This document shows, piece by piece, positions 36,285 through 46,995 of a stretch of DNA of 64,000 bases. The translations under genes and the position numbers were made by a program. The DNA comes from an uncultured Fibrobacterota bacterium (GTDB lineage: Bacteria > Fibrobacterota > Chitinivibrionia > Chitinivibrionales > FEN-1185). How positions within the stretch are numbered: the first letter of the stretch is position 1; every line of letters starts with the position of its first letter. Where the stretch lies: NCBI GenBank assembly GCA_963753345.1, contig CAVWBU010000015.1:50337-114336 (forward strand), given 5' to 3'. The notes under the pieces were generated by a model that saw nothing but the letters and a program-made list of their open reading frames with translations, ran no database searches and was not told the DNA's origin.

Positions 36285-36525
36285 TTGGTCCTGTGTGCGT
36301 GAATGTGTAATCACTGGGGAAAATTCGATTGCATATTTCCTAAGAAACGGCTCGTAGAACATCTATTGTAGTATTCGGGACGGACAATGTCAATATTATG
36401 GCTGTTAAGCGACGACATTTTGCCGTTCGACATCTGTCGCGTCTGCCAGCTTTGAGAAAGGGCAAGGATAGCGGCGCGACGTTTCCCCAGGGGACGCGGG
36501 GATTGCAGGCGCACGATTTGTGCGG

Positions 36526-36876
36526 CTAATGCTGCGCAACGGAAGGGGACGAAACGAGTTCCGCTTCGGATCCGACAATCCGGATCATCCTGTCGAAATC
36601 GATCACGGTGAGAATATCGAGGATGTTGCTGTTTGCTTCCACGATCGCAAGATGGCCTCCTGCGTCTTTGATCATCTCCAGGCAGGCAATAAGCACCGCT
36701 ATCGATCTTGTGTACAAATAGGAGGATCTGGTGAAGGCGAGGGCAATGTTCATAGCGCCTTCGACAAGGTGCCGCTCAATGCGCTTCTTGAGATCAGCCA
36801 GGTCGGAATTGAGCACAACGTCCTCCCTGAAACGGAAGACGGTGTAGTCGCCCTTCTTGTATGTGTCAATATCCAT
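36526..36876 (-). CDS. STAS-domain protein (anti-sigma-factor antagonist-like)
   Basis: 116 aa from MDIDTYKKGDYTVFRF. Pattern ..L......L...I........NIAL.F....Y..S..I..L......IK..GG.LAIV. The start could also be the upstream ATG at 36942. Confidence 0.65.
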   Translation of the reverse strand: MDIDTYKKGDYTVFRFREDVVLNSDLADLKKRIERHLVEGAMNIALAFTRSSYLYTRSIAVLIACLEMIKDAGGHLAIVEANSNILDILTVIDFDRMIRIVGSEAELVSSPSVAQH

Positions 36877-37097
36877 GTCGACGGCCCGCCTGCGCGGAAC
36901 GGGGTATCTCTGTAGAGGGGAATAAAATAGATTATGACGCACAGCGGCATGATCCTAATACTTGGAATGATTTGTTCTGAATCCTTGTGCGGCCGTCATG
37001 CAGATTGTACTTTATCAAACACGGGCATTAGGATATATTCCAAGGATTTGTACCACCGCCGCATGTCAGGTTTTCACCAATAAAAGGAAACACCCCG

Positions 37098-38204
37098 ATG
37101 ATTTCTGCCGGTGAAGCTCCCCGCGCCAGCCTTCTGCTTATCGACGACGAATTGCCGATATGCATCGGCGTTTCAGGCCTGCTGGAGATGATGGGATTTA
37201 CGTCCAGCTACGCGCTCGATGGCGCTGAAGGAATGCAGTTTCTCGAGGAACACCCCGAAACCGATGTCGTTCTTCTCGATATCAATCTCGGGGCCGGGAA
37301 ATCGGGCATGGATCTTCTGCCGGAGATCCGCGAGCGGTTCAAGCATGTGCAGGTGATGATGTTCACATCGCACGATTCGCTCAGCACGGGACTGGAGTGC
37401 ATGAAGAAGGGCGCGGCCGACTACCTCACCAAACCCTTTGACGAAAAGGATTTTCTCAAGAAGATCCCCGCGGTGATCGCAAAGAAAAATATGGCCCGGC
37501 TCAACGAGCTGTATTTCGGGATCCTCATCCATGACCTCAAGAGCCCGCTGCAATGCATTGTCGGGGCGTGGGAAATTTCAAAAACGTACCTTCCGGAAAC
37601 GCTTACCGAAACACAGCGCCGTGTGGTCGCGACGGGCGACGCGGGAATAGTTCAATTGAAATCCATGATTGACAACATGCTCAGCGTTGCGAAGCTTGAG
37701 TCGGGAACGTATCCTGTGGTCAAGGAAGAATTTTGCGTGAATCGGACGGCCGAGGAAGTCTTGAGCCCCTTGCGTCTTCAGATTGCGTCTTCGTCACGGA
37801 GAATTGACGCCAAATACTCCCACCCAGGAGAATACCGAATCGTTTCGGACAAGGAACTGTTCGCGCGTGTGCTGTTCAACATCCTTGTCAATGCCATCAG
37901 GTATACGCCGTCCGGCGAAAAGATCACGGTGAGGTTCGAGCAGAAAGAGAACGGGGAATTTAAGACCGCGATCCACAATCCCGGATCGTATGTGGAGCGC
38001 AATCACCGGGAAGACATTTTTGACAAATTCGCGAGCGTGTATCTGACAAGACAGGGCTCCGGAACCGGCAATTTCGGGCTTGGTCTCACCTTTTGCAAGA
38101 TGGCGGTCGAGGCAATGGGCGGCAGGATCTGGGTCGAGTGCGAAGAAAATACGCCGTCGGCCACGTTTAATTTCGTGGTAAAGGCCGACGGCTCGCCCTT
38201 GTAG
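37098..38204 (+). CDS. Hybrid REC-histidine kinase
   Basis: 368 aa. N-terminal REC (LLLIDDE...VVLLDINL...KPF), a HisKA H-box (HDLKSPL) and HATPase_c (NAIRYTP..., GLGLTFCK). Confidence 0.85.
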   Translation: MISAGEAPRASLLLIDDELPICIGVSGLLEMMGFTSSYALDGAEGMQFLEEHPETDVVLLDINLGAGKSGMDLLPEIRERFKHVQVMMFTSHDSLSTGLECMKKGAADYLTKPFDEKDFLKKIPAVIAKKNMARLNELYFGILIHDLKSPLQCIVGAWEISKTYLPETLTETQRRVVATGDAGIVQLKSMIDNMLSVAKLESGTYPVVKEEFCVNRTAEEVLSPLRLQIASSSRRIDAKYSHPGEYRIVSDKELFARVLFNILVNAIRYTPSGEKITVRFEQKENGEFKTAIHNPGSYVERNHREDIFDKFASVYLTRQGSGTGNFGLGLTFCKMAVEAMGGRIWVECEENTPSATFNFVVKADGSPL

Positions 38205-38263
38205 CATTTCCCTTTTGCAGGGTTGACAAGTTTGCGCCCTCCAGCTATTTTCTTGCCCACCCC

Positions 38264-39253
38264 ATGAACCTTCTTTCAAAAGCGCACGATCTGCTGCAAA
38301 AATCGCTTGATGATTGCATTTCCCCGCAGGATCTCGACGCCGTTATCGCATGGCCTTTGGAGGAAATCTCGCTGCTGTTCGCATGTGCCGATCGTGTGAA
38401 GCGAACGTTTTTCCACAACACGGTCGATCCGTGTGCGCTCATGAACATCAAATCGGGAAACTGTTCGGAAGACTGTGCGTTCTGCAGCCAGTCATCGCGC
38501 AACAAGACCGACGTGCCGATACGGGATTTGGCGGGTAAGGACGAGATTATCGCCGCCAGCAGAGCCGCGGCGGAGAAAGCCCTTGCTTTTTGCGTGGTTT
38601 CCAGCGGCAGGCGGGTCGCACCCACCGAACTCAAGAAGGTGGCGGCCGCGCTCAAACAATGCCGCGGAGAAAAACACGCTTCCCTTGGTATTCTTTCCGA
38701 AGAAGAATTCCGGCTGCTCAAGTCAGCGGGCGTGACGTGCTATAACCACAACCTTGAGACGAGCAGGCGGTACTACGCATCGATCGTGTCAACTCACCGG
38801 TACGATGACCGTGTGAATACGGTGCGCGCGGCGCAAAAGGCCGGACTTCGCGTGTGCTGCGGAGGGATATTCGGCATGGGCGAGACGTGGGAAGACAGGA
38901 AGGCCTTGTGCCTGGAGCTTGGGGCGCTCAATGTCGACACGATACCAATGAACTTTCTTATTCCCATCCCCGGCATACGGGTGGCGCCGGCCTCGGAGTC
39001 GCCGCTGGAGTTTCTCAAGATCGTATCGATGTTCCGGCTCGCTCATCCCCGCAGGACCATAAAGGTCTGCGGCGGCAGGGAAAAAAACCTCGGCCCGATG
39101 CAGTGCCTTATTTTCTGCGCCGGTGCAAACGGATATATCTCGGGCGGATACCTTACGACGCAAGGAAACGGGATAGAGGCGGATGACGAGATGATAAGGC
39201 TTCTTGGATTGACAAAGAAGCACGTGAGGAAGATGGCACTTTACCCTATATAA
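38264..39253 (+). CDS. bioB: Biotin synthase
   Basis: 329 aa. IKSGNCSEDCAFCSQS radical SAM motif, YNHNLETS, and the GGI.GMGE motif. Confidence 0.92.
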   Translation: MNLLSKAHDLLQKSLDDCISPQDLDAVIAWPLEEISLLFACADRVKRTFFHNTVDPCALMNIKSGNCSEDCAFCSQSSRNKTDVPIRDLAGKDEIIAASRAAAEKALAFCVVSSGRRVAPTELKKVAAALKQCRGEKHASLGILSEEEFRLLKSAGVTCYNHNLETSRRYYASIVSTHRYDDRVNTVRAAQKAGLRVCCGGIFGMGETWEDRKALCLELGALNVDTIPMNFLIPIPGIRVAPASESPLEFLKIVSMFRLAHPRRTIKVCGGREKNLGPMQCLIFCAGANGYISGGYLTTQGNGIEADDEMIRLLGLTKKHVRKMALYPI

Positions 39254-39258
39254 ATAGG

Positions 39259-39420
39259 ATGGGCGTTTCCCTCCCCCTCGACAAAGCTCGGGGTCGGGTC
39301 GGCCCTCCCTCCGGTCTCGGCCTTCGGCCTCGGGCTGCCACGGCCCTATGGCCCACAGGGCCGGGTCCGGGCAGCATCCCGCTTTGGCGGGACCTCCGGT
39401 CCTGCCTAACGCATGCGCAT
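39259..39420 (-). repeat. Family-A structured intergenic repeat (type II, no 5' TTGAC arm)
   Basis: The plus strand reads ATGGGCGTTTCCCTCCCCCTCGACAAAGCTCGGGGTCGGGTCGGCCCTCCCTCCGGTCTCGGCCTTCGGCCTCGGGCTGCCACGGCCCTATGGCCCACAGGGCCGGGTCCGGGCAGCATCCCGCTTTGGCGGGACCTCCGGTCCTGCCTAACGCATGCG. It starts 6 nt after the bioB stop codon. Confidence 0.85.
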
Positions 39421-39529
39421 GTGACAAGTGCTGACCCGAATTTTCGCAAATGCTTGACATGCGACAGTTGACAAAAGTGCGTGCATCCTAATTCACTATT
39501 GCCGCGAAGCGGCATTCCATTGAGGTTGC

Positions 39530-39672
39530 GTTGCGAAGGGGCGACGCCACGCGAGCGTAAGTCGAGCGTACTTGGCGCGCCCCTTTGCTGGAGGGGGTAG
39601 CGGAAGACACCGGAGGCCGAAGGACGAGGAGGCTGGAGCGAGGGGGAAACGCAAAGCGGTGCCCCCACCAAG
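39530..39672 (-). repeat. Family-B structured intergenic repeat (divergent copy)
   Basis: The minus strand reads TTCTTGGTGGGGGCACCGCTTTGCGTTTCCCCCTCGCTCCAGCC....GTCTTCCGCTACCCCCTCCAGCAAAGGGGCGCG...CGTCGCCCC. The 3' boundary is uncertain. Confidence 0.65.
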
Positions 39673-39747
39673 AACTTCAATTCAAATCTTGGCTTTGTTA
39701 TTAATTTCTTTTTAATGCCTTTCTTAAATTTTTCTCACATTCCCGGC

Positions 39748-39776
39748 TTGACTCCTATGCCCGAAAACATTATTTT
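39748..39776 (+). promoter_or_regulatory. Candidate promoter of the carAB leader
   Basis: TTGACT (39748-39753), a 17-nt spacer, then TATTTT (39771-39776). Confidence 0.35.
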
Positions 39777-40023
39777 GGTACAGGCTTAAGAGGGGGCCAA
39801 AACACAAAATGTTGTACTGCAAAGAGAGCGTGCATCCAAAATGTGGGGTGCCGTCGGGCACCTGGAAAGGTGCAGGGATTTAGAAAATGCGGAAAAACGC
39901 CGGGCATATTTTCAATCTTCTCCTACCGTGCCGGGCCTTTTTCTCTTCTCTCCTCCACGGAGGCGTATGGCCTCCGGGAGTCCCGGTTTCAACAAGCCGG
40001 ATTTTCCCGAAAAGACATCTACC

Positions 40024-40059
40024 ACGAAAAGGGTAGGTGTCTTTTTTTTGATATGATTA
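40024..40059 (+). terminator. Intrinsic terminator inside the carA 5' leader (attenuator candidate)
   Basis: GACATCTACC-acgaaaa-GGGTAGGTGTC, followed by T8. It ends about 60 nt upstream of the carA TTG start. Confidence 0.65.
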
Positions 40060-40119
40060 TATATGATGAGAAATGATGATCGCGTTTGCAACTGTGGAAA
40101 TCCATCAGAGGGGTGATTC

Positions 40120-41211
40120 TTGAAAGGTATACTGGCTCTGGAAGACGGAACCGTGTTCGAAGGCGAAGGCTTCGGCGCGCCTGGCGAAGCATGCGGTGAG
40201 GCGGTATTCAACACGAGCCTTACCGGATATCAGGAGGTGCTCACCGACCCGTCATACTGTTCGCAGATCGTGACCATGACCTATCCGCTTATCGGCAACT
40301 ACGGCGTGAACGACGCGGACATCGAATCATCGCGCATTCAGGTGTCGGGCTTTGTTGTCAAGGAGTATTGCCCGTATCCGTCCAACTTCCGCTCGCAGAA
40401 ATCGATTTCAGATTACCTCAGGGAAAGCGGCATCGTGGGCGTGGCGGGCATCGACACGCGCAGGCTCACGCGGCGGCTGCGCATCGCGGGTGCCATGAAG
40501 AGCATTGTCTGGGCGGGCGAGAAGGCGCCGCCCGTTTCGGCACTTGTTGACAAGGCGAAAGCCTGGGAGGGACTCGTTGGCCTCGACATTGTCAAGAACG
40601 TGACCTGCACAAAGGCTTACGAATGGGAACCGTCGAAAAACGGCCACCGGTTCAATGTGGTGGCGTTCGACTTCGGTATCAAGTTTAACATCCTCCGCAT
40701 CCTCAAGTCGCTCGGGTGCAAGGTGACCGTGGTGCCTGCGTCAACCACTGCGGAGCAGGCGCTTGCATACAAACCCGACGGTATTTTTCTTAGCAACGGC
40801 CCTGGCGACCCTGCCGCGGTCACCTACGCCATTGAGACCATACGAAAACTGTTGGGCAAGCGACCGATATTCGGCATTTGTCTCGGCCACCAGCTTCTGG
40901 GCCTTGCGCTGGGCGCGAAGACCTACAAGCTCAAGTTCGGCCACCGCGGGGCGAACCATCCAGTCAAGAACCTGGAGACCGGCGCCATCGCAATAACGTC
41001 GCAGAACCACGGGTTCTGCGTGGACATAGAAAGCCTCAAGGCGCGCGGGGTCGCCATGACGCACGTGAACCTCAACGACCACACCTGCGAGGGCCTTTCC
41101 GATAAGTCAAACAGGATGTTCTGCGTGCAGTATCATCCGGAAGCGTCCCCAGGGCCGCACGATTCAGGATATCTGTTCAAACAGTTCATCACCATGATGG
41201 AGAAAGATTGA
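40120..41211 (+). CDS. carA: Carbamoyl-phosphate synthase small (glutaminase) subunit
   Basis: 363 aa with a TTG start. [15 protein letters not shown]...GE.VFNTS.TGYQE.LTDPSY, and the catalytic GICLGHQ motif. Confidence 0.95.
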   Translation: MKGILALEDGTVFEGEGFGAPGEACGEAVFNTSLTGYQEVLTDPSYCSQIVTMTYPLIGNYGVNDADIESSRIQVSGFVVKEYCPYPSNFRSQKSISDYLRESGIVGVAGIDTRRLTRRLRIAGAMKSIVWAGEKAPPVSALVDKAKAWEGLVGLDIVKNVTCTKAYEWEPSKNGHRFNVVAFDFGIKFNILRILKSLGCKVTVVPASTTAEQALAYKPDGIFLSNGPGDPAAVTYAIETIRKLLGKRPIFGICLGHQLLGLALGAKTYKLKFGHRGANHPVKNLETGAIAITSQNHGFCVDIESLKARGVAMTHVNLNDHTCEGLSDKSNRMFCVQYHPEASPGPHDSGYLFKQFITMMEKD

Positions 41212-44499
<3,288 letters not shown>

Positions 44500-44512
44500 G
44501 GAAGACATTGTC

Positions 44513-44673
44513 GAGTGGGGGAGGTCTCCCCTCGCTACGGCCCGGCCGCGCAGGTTTGCAAAGTAATATTCCGAATGTGCGCGTCCGGTCCTCCGCTACC
44601 CCCTCCTGGGTGGCCCCCTTGATGGCGCAGTGGCAAGCGCGACACATGGTTGTGGGGGCACCGACGAAGAGCA
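44513..44673 (+). repeat. Family-B structured intergenic repeat (subtype B1)
   Basis: GAGTGGGGGAGGTCTCCCCTCGCTACGGCCC...CCGGTCCTCCGCTACCCCCTCCTGGGTGGCCCCCTTGATGGCGCAGTGGCAAGCGCGACACATGGTTGTGGGGGCACCGACGAAGAGCA. It starts 14 nt after the carB stop codon. Confidence 0.88.
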
Positions 44674-44709
44674 GTTGAAAAGTTGAAACGTTGAATCGTT
44701 GAAACGTTC
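44674..44709 (+). repeat. GTTGAANN tandem octamer tract (4.5 units)
   Basis: GTTGAAAA GTTGAAAC GTTGAATC GTTGAAAC GTTC. Confidence 0.85.
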
Positions 44710-44744
44710 AAGAGATCGAGATTCGGAACTTTTCTTGTGGAGCA

Positions 44745-44844
44745 ATTGGCGGGAGACCCGGCCTCAAGGCATAGGGCGGGCGGCAACGAGGCGAATAGCC
44801 GGCCCGGAGGGAGACCGACCCCGCGAAGCGGGGGAACGCCCAAT
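44745..44844 (+). repeat. Family-A repeat, internally deleted type I derivative (~100 nt)
   Basis: ATTGGCGGGAGACCCGGCCTCAAGGCATAGGGCGGGCGGCAACGAGGCGAATAGCCGGCCCGGAGGGAGACCGACCCCGC-GAA-GCGGGGGAACGCCCAAT. It keeps both termini but lacks the TTGAC arm and the GCCGCGCGTTAGG..GGAGGG part. Confidence 0.8.
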
Positions 44845-44906
44845 GATTTTATTAATTGTTTATTTATTGCAAACTTCACCAATATATTAAAAACGGGAGC
44901 CTCACC

Positions 44907-46514
44907 ATGCCCAAGTACATCTTTGTGACAGGCGGAGTCGTGTCGTCCCTCGGAAAGGGAATTACCGCGGCGTCAATCGGGGTGCTTCTCAAGTCGCGCG
45001 GGCTGCGGATCGTGCACCAGAAATTCGATCCGTACCTCAACGTCGATCCGGGCACCATGAACCCGTACCAGCACGGTGAAGTGTACGTCACCGACGACGG
45101 CGCGGAGACCGACCTCGATCTCGGCCACTACGAACGGTTCACCGGCGTCACCACCAACAAGAACTGCAACTACACCACGGGCCGCATCTACGACGCCATC
45201 ATCAAGAAGGAGCGCAGGGGAGACTACCTGGGAGGAACCGTGCAGGTGGTTCCGCACGTCACCACCGAAATCTGCAACAGCATCCGCAGCGTTGCCTCGG
45301 CGGAGGTCGACGTGGTGATATGTGAAATCGGCGGCACGGTGGGAGACATAGAAAGCCTTCCGTTCCTCGAGGCGCTGCGGCAGTTTAGGCTTCAGGAAGG
45401 CCGCAATAACGTGCTGTTTATCCATGTGACGCTTATCCCGTATTTGAAAATGGCGGGTGAAATCAAAACAAAGCCGACCCAGCATTCGGTGGGAAAACTT
45501 CGCGAAATAGGCATCATGCCCGACATGCTGATCTGCCGCACCGAGAAACACATCGACAAGGACTCGCGCAAGAAGATCTCCCTGTTCTGCAACGTTGACG
45601 AAGAGGCGGTGATCGAGGCTTTCGACGCTCCCCATTCGATCTACGAAGTGCCGCTCGACTTTGCGGCGCAGGACATAGATCAGGTGATCATCGATATTCT
45701 GGGGCTGCGGGCGGGCCGGCGCAACCTCAAGGCGTGGCGGGACTACGTCGACCGCGTGATCAACGCGGAAAAAACGGTGAATATCGCCATCGTGGGAAAA
45801 TATTCCGAACTGCTTGACGCGTACAAATCGATTCATGAATCTCTCAACCACGCCGGCGCGTTTCACAGCGCGAAAGTCAAAATACTGAGCGTGTCGGCCG
45901 AAGACATCGAAAGAAACGGCGCCGACAAAATTCTCACGGATGCCGACGGCATATTGGTGCCCGGCGGATTCGGGGGCAGAGGCGTTGAAGGTAAAATTCT
46001 CGCCGTGAAATACGCGCGGGAAAACAAGGTGCCGTATTTCGGCATCTGTTACGGCATGCATATGGCAGTGATCGAATTCGCCCGCAATGTCCTGAAGCTT
46101 GAGTGCGCCGACACCACGGAGAACAACGCGGAAACAAAGTACCCCGTCATCCATTTGATGGAGGAACAGAAACGCATCATGAACCTGGGCGGCACAATGC
46201 GCCTCGGCGCTTTCCCCTGCACGCTCAAGAAAGGGACTGCAGCGCGCAAGGCATACGGCAAAGATCAGATCAGCGAACGCCACCGCCACCGGTATGAATA
46301 CAACAACGATTATCGGGAACAATTCGAGAAGGCCGGACTTGTCGTATGCGGTGAATCGCCGGACGGCATGCTTGTGGAAATGGTGGAAATAGAAAATCAT
46401 CCATGGTTCGTGGCCGTGCAGTTTCACCCGGAATTCAAGTCGAGGCCGGTTGATCCGCATCCGCTGTTCAGGGATTTTGTGGGGGCGAGTATTAAGTATG
46501 GCGGGAAGAAATAG
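44907..46514 (+). CDS. pyrG: CTP synthase
   Basis: 535 aa from [19 protein letters not shown]. GATase domain with GICYGMH. Confidence 0.97.
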   Translation: MPKYIFVTGGVVSSLGKGITAASIGVLLKSRGLRIVHQKFDPYLNVDPGTMNPYQHGEVYVTDDGAETDLDLGHYERFTGVTTNKNCNYTTGRIYDAIIKKERRGDYLGGTVQVVPHVTTEICNSIRSVASAEVDVVICEIGGTVGDIESLPFLEALRQFRLQEGRNNVLFIHVTLIPYLKMAGEIKTKPTQHSVGKLREIGIMPDMLICRTEKHIDKDSRKKISLFCNVDEEAVIEAFDAPHSIYEVPLDFAAQDIDQVIIDILGLRAGRRNLKAWRDYVDRVINAEKTVNIAIVGKYSELLDAYKSIHESLNHAGAFHSAKVKILSVSAEDIERNGADKILTDADGILVPGGFGGRGVEGKILAVKYARENKVPYFGICYGMHMAVIEFARNVLKLECADTTENNAETKYPVIHLMEEQKRIMNLGGTMRLGAFPCTLKKGTAARKAYGKDQISERHRHRYEYNNDYREQFEKAGLVVCGESPDGMLVEMVEIENHPWFVAVQFHPEFKSRPVDPHPLFRDFVGASIKYGGKK

Positions 46515-46525
46515 AGATAAGATTC

Positions 46526-46649
46526 TTGGTGGGGGAAGTATCCCCCCTGCCTGCGGCCCTGCGGTCCTCCGGCACCCCCTCCTGGGTGCTCCCCATGATG
46601 GTGCAGCGGCGAGCGCAATACATGGTTGAGGGGGCACCCACGAGGAGCA
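46526..46649 (+). repeat. Family-B structured intergenic repeat (subtype B1, short)
   Basis: TTGGTGGGGGAAGTATCCCCCCTGCCTGCGGCCCTGCGGTCCTCCGGCACCCCCTCCTGGGTGCTCCCCATGATGGTGCAGCGGCGAGCGCAATACATGGTTGAGGGGGCACCCACGAGGAGCA. It starts 12 nt after the pyrG stop codon. Confidence 0.9.
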
Positions 46650-46689
46650 GTTGAAAAGTTGAAACGTTGAACAGTTGAAGAGTTGAAAA
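46650..46689 (+). repeat. GTTGAANN tandem octamer tract (5 units)
   Basis: GTTGAAAA GTTGAAAC GTTGAACA GTTGAAGA GTTGAAAA. Confidence 0.88.
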
Positions 46690-46727
46690 ACAAAGAAAGA
46701 AACGTTGGTTGATGTATGCGAATGCGG

Positions 46728-46924
46728 GTTGGCGCGAGAAGAAGTAGTTGACTGAAAGGAATTCTGTTACCGCGCGTTAGGTGGACCGGAGGGTGAGCTA
46801 AAGCGAATTGCCGGTCGACCCGGCCGAAAGGCATAGGGCGATCCGGCAACGAGGCCGAACGGCCGAGCCCGAAGGAAGACCGACCCGACCCCGAGCGAAG
46901 TCGAGGGGGAGGGGAACGCCCAAT
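46728..46924 (+). repeat. Family-A structured intergenic repeat (type I, full length; reference copy)
   Basis: GTTGGCGCGAGAAGAAGTAGTTGACTGAAAGGAATTCTGTTACCGCGCGTTAGGTGGACCGGAGGGTGAGCTAAAGCGAATTGCCGGTCGACCCGGCCGAAAGGCATAGGGCGATCCGGCAACGAGGCCGAACGGCCGAGCCCGAAGGAAGACCGACCCGACCCCGAGCGAAGTCGAGGGGGAGGGGAACGCCCAAT. Confidence 0.9.
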
Positions 46925-46940
46925 TCTTATCGTATCTTGT

Positions 46941-46963
46941 AAAGCGGTGCCCCCACCAAGAAC
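46941..46963 (-). repeat. Family-B 5'-end fragment
   Basis: AAAGCGGTGCCCCCACCAAGAAC is identical to the string at 39654-39676. It lies 33 nt upstream of the purF start. Confidence 0.6.
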
Positions 46964-46995
46964 TACTGATTGATATTTAAACTTAACAATAGGCA

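Noticed and set aside
39820-39845. PyrR binding loop in the carA leader (AAAGAGAGCG resembles the AGAGAGG core of the PyrR site).
   Set aside because: Only a partial match to the UCCAGAGAGG consensus, and I could not see the flanking stem typical of PyrR binding loops. I kept it as an unexplained attenuator candidate instead.
44674-44709. Possible CRISPR array, suggested by the many direct repeats and tandem units (the octamer tracts and the recurring A/B copies).
   Set aside because: The octamer units are only 8 nt long and directly abut each other without spacers. A and B copies are 100-215 nt, structured, irregularly spaced, on both strands and separated by genes. No cas genes are present.
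46747-46782. The TTGACW box conserved in the A 5' arm could be a sigma70 -35 element that makes A a mobile promoter.
   Set aside because: The sequence 17 nt downstream is the invariant CGCGCG, not a -10-like hexamer. The next T/A-containing block (TTAGGT) is 23 nt away. I found no sigma54-type or Bacteroidetes-type -7 consensus either. A promoter role cannot be excluded without transcription start-site data, but the sequence does not support one.
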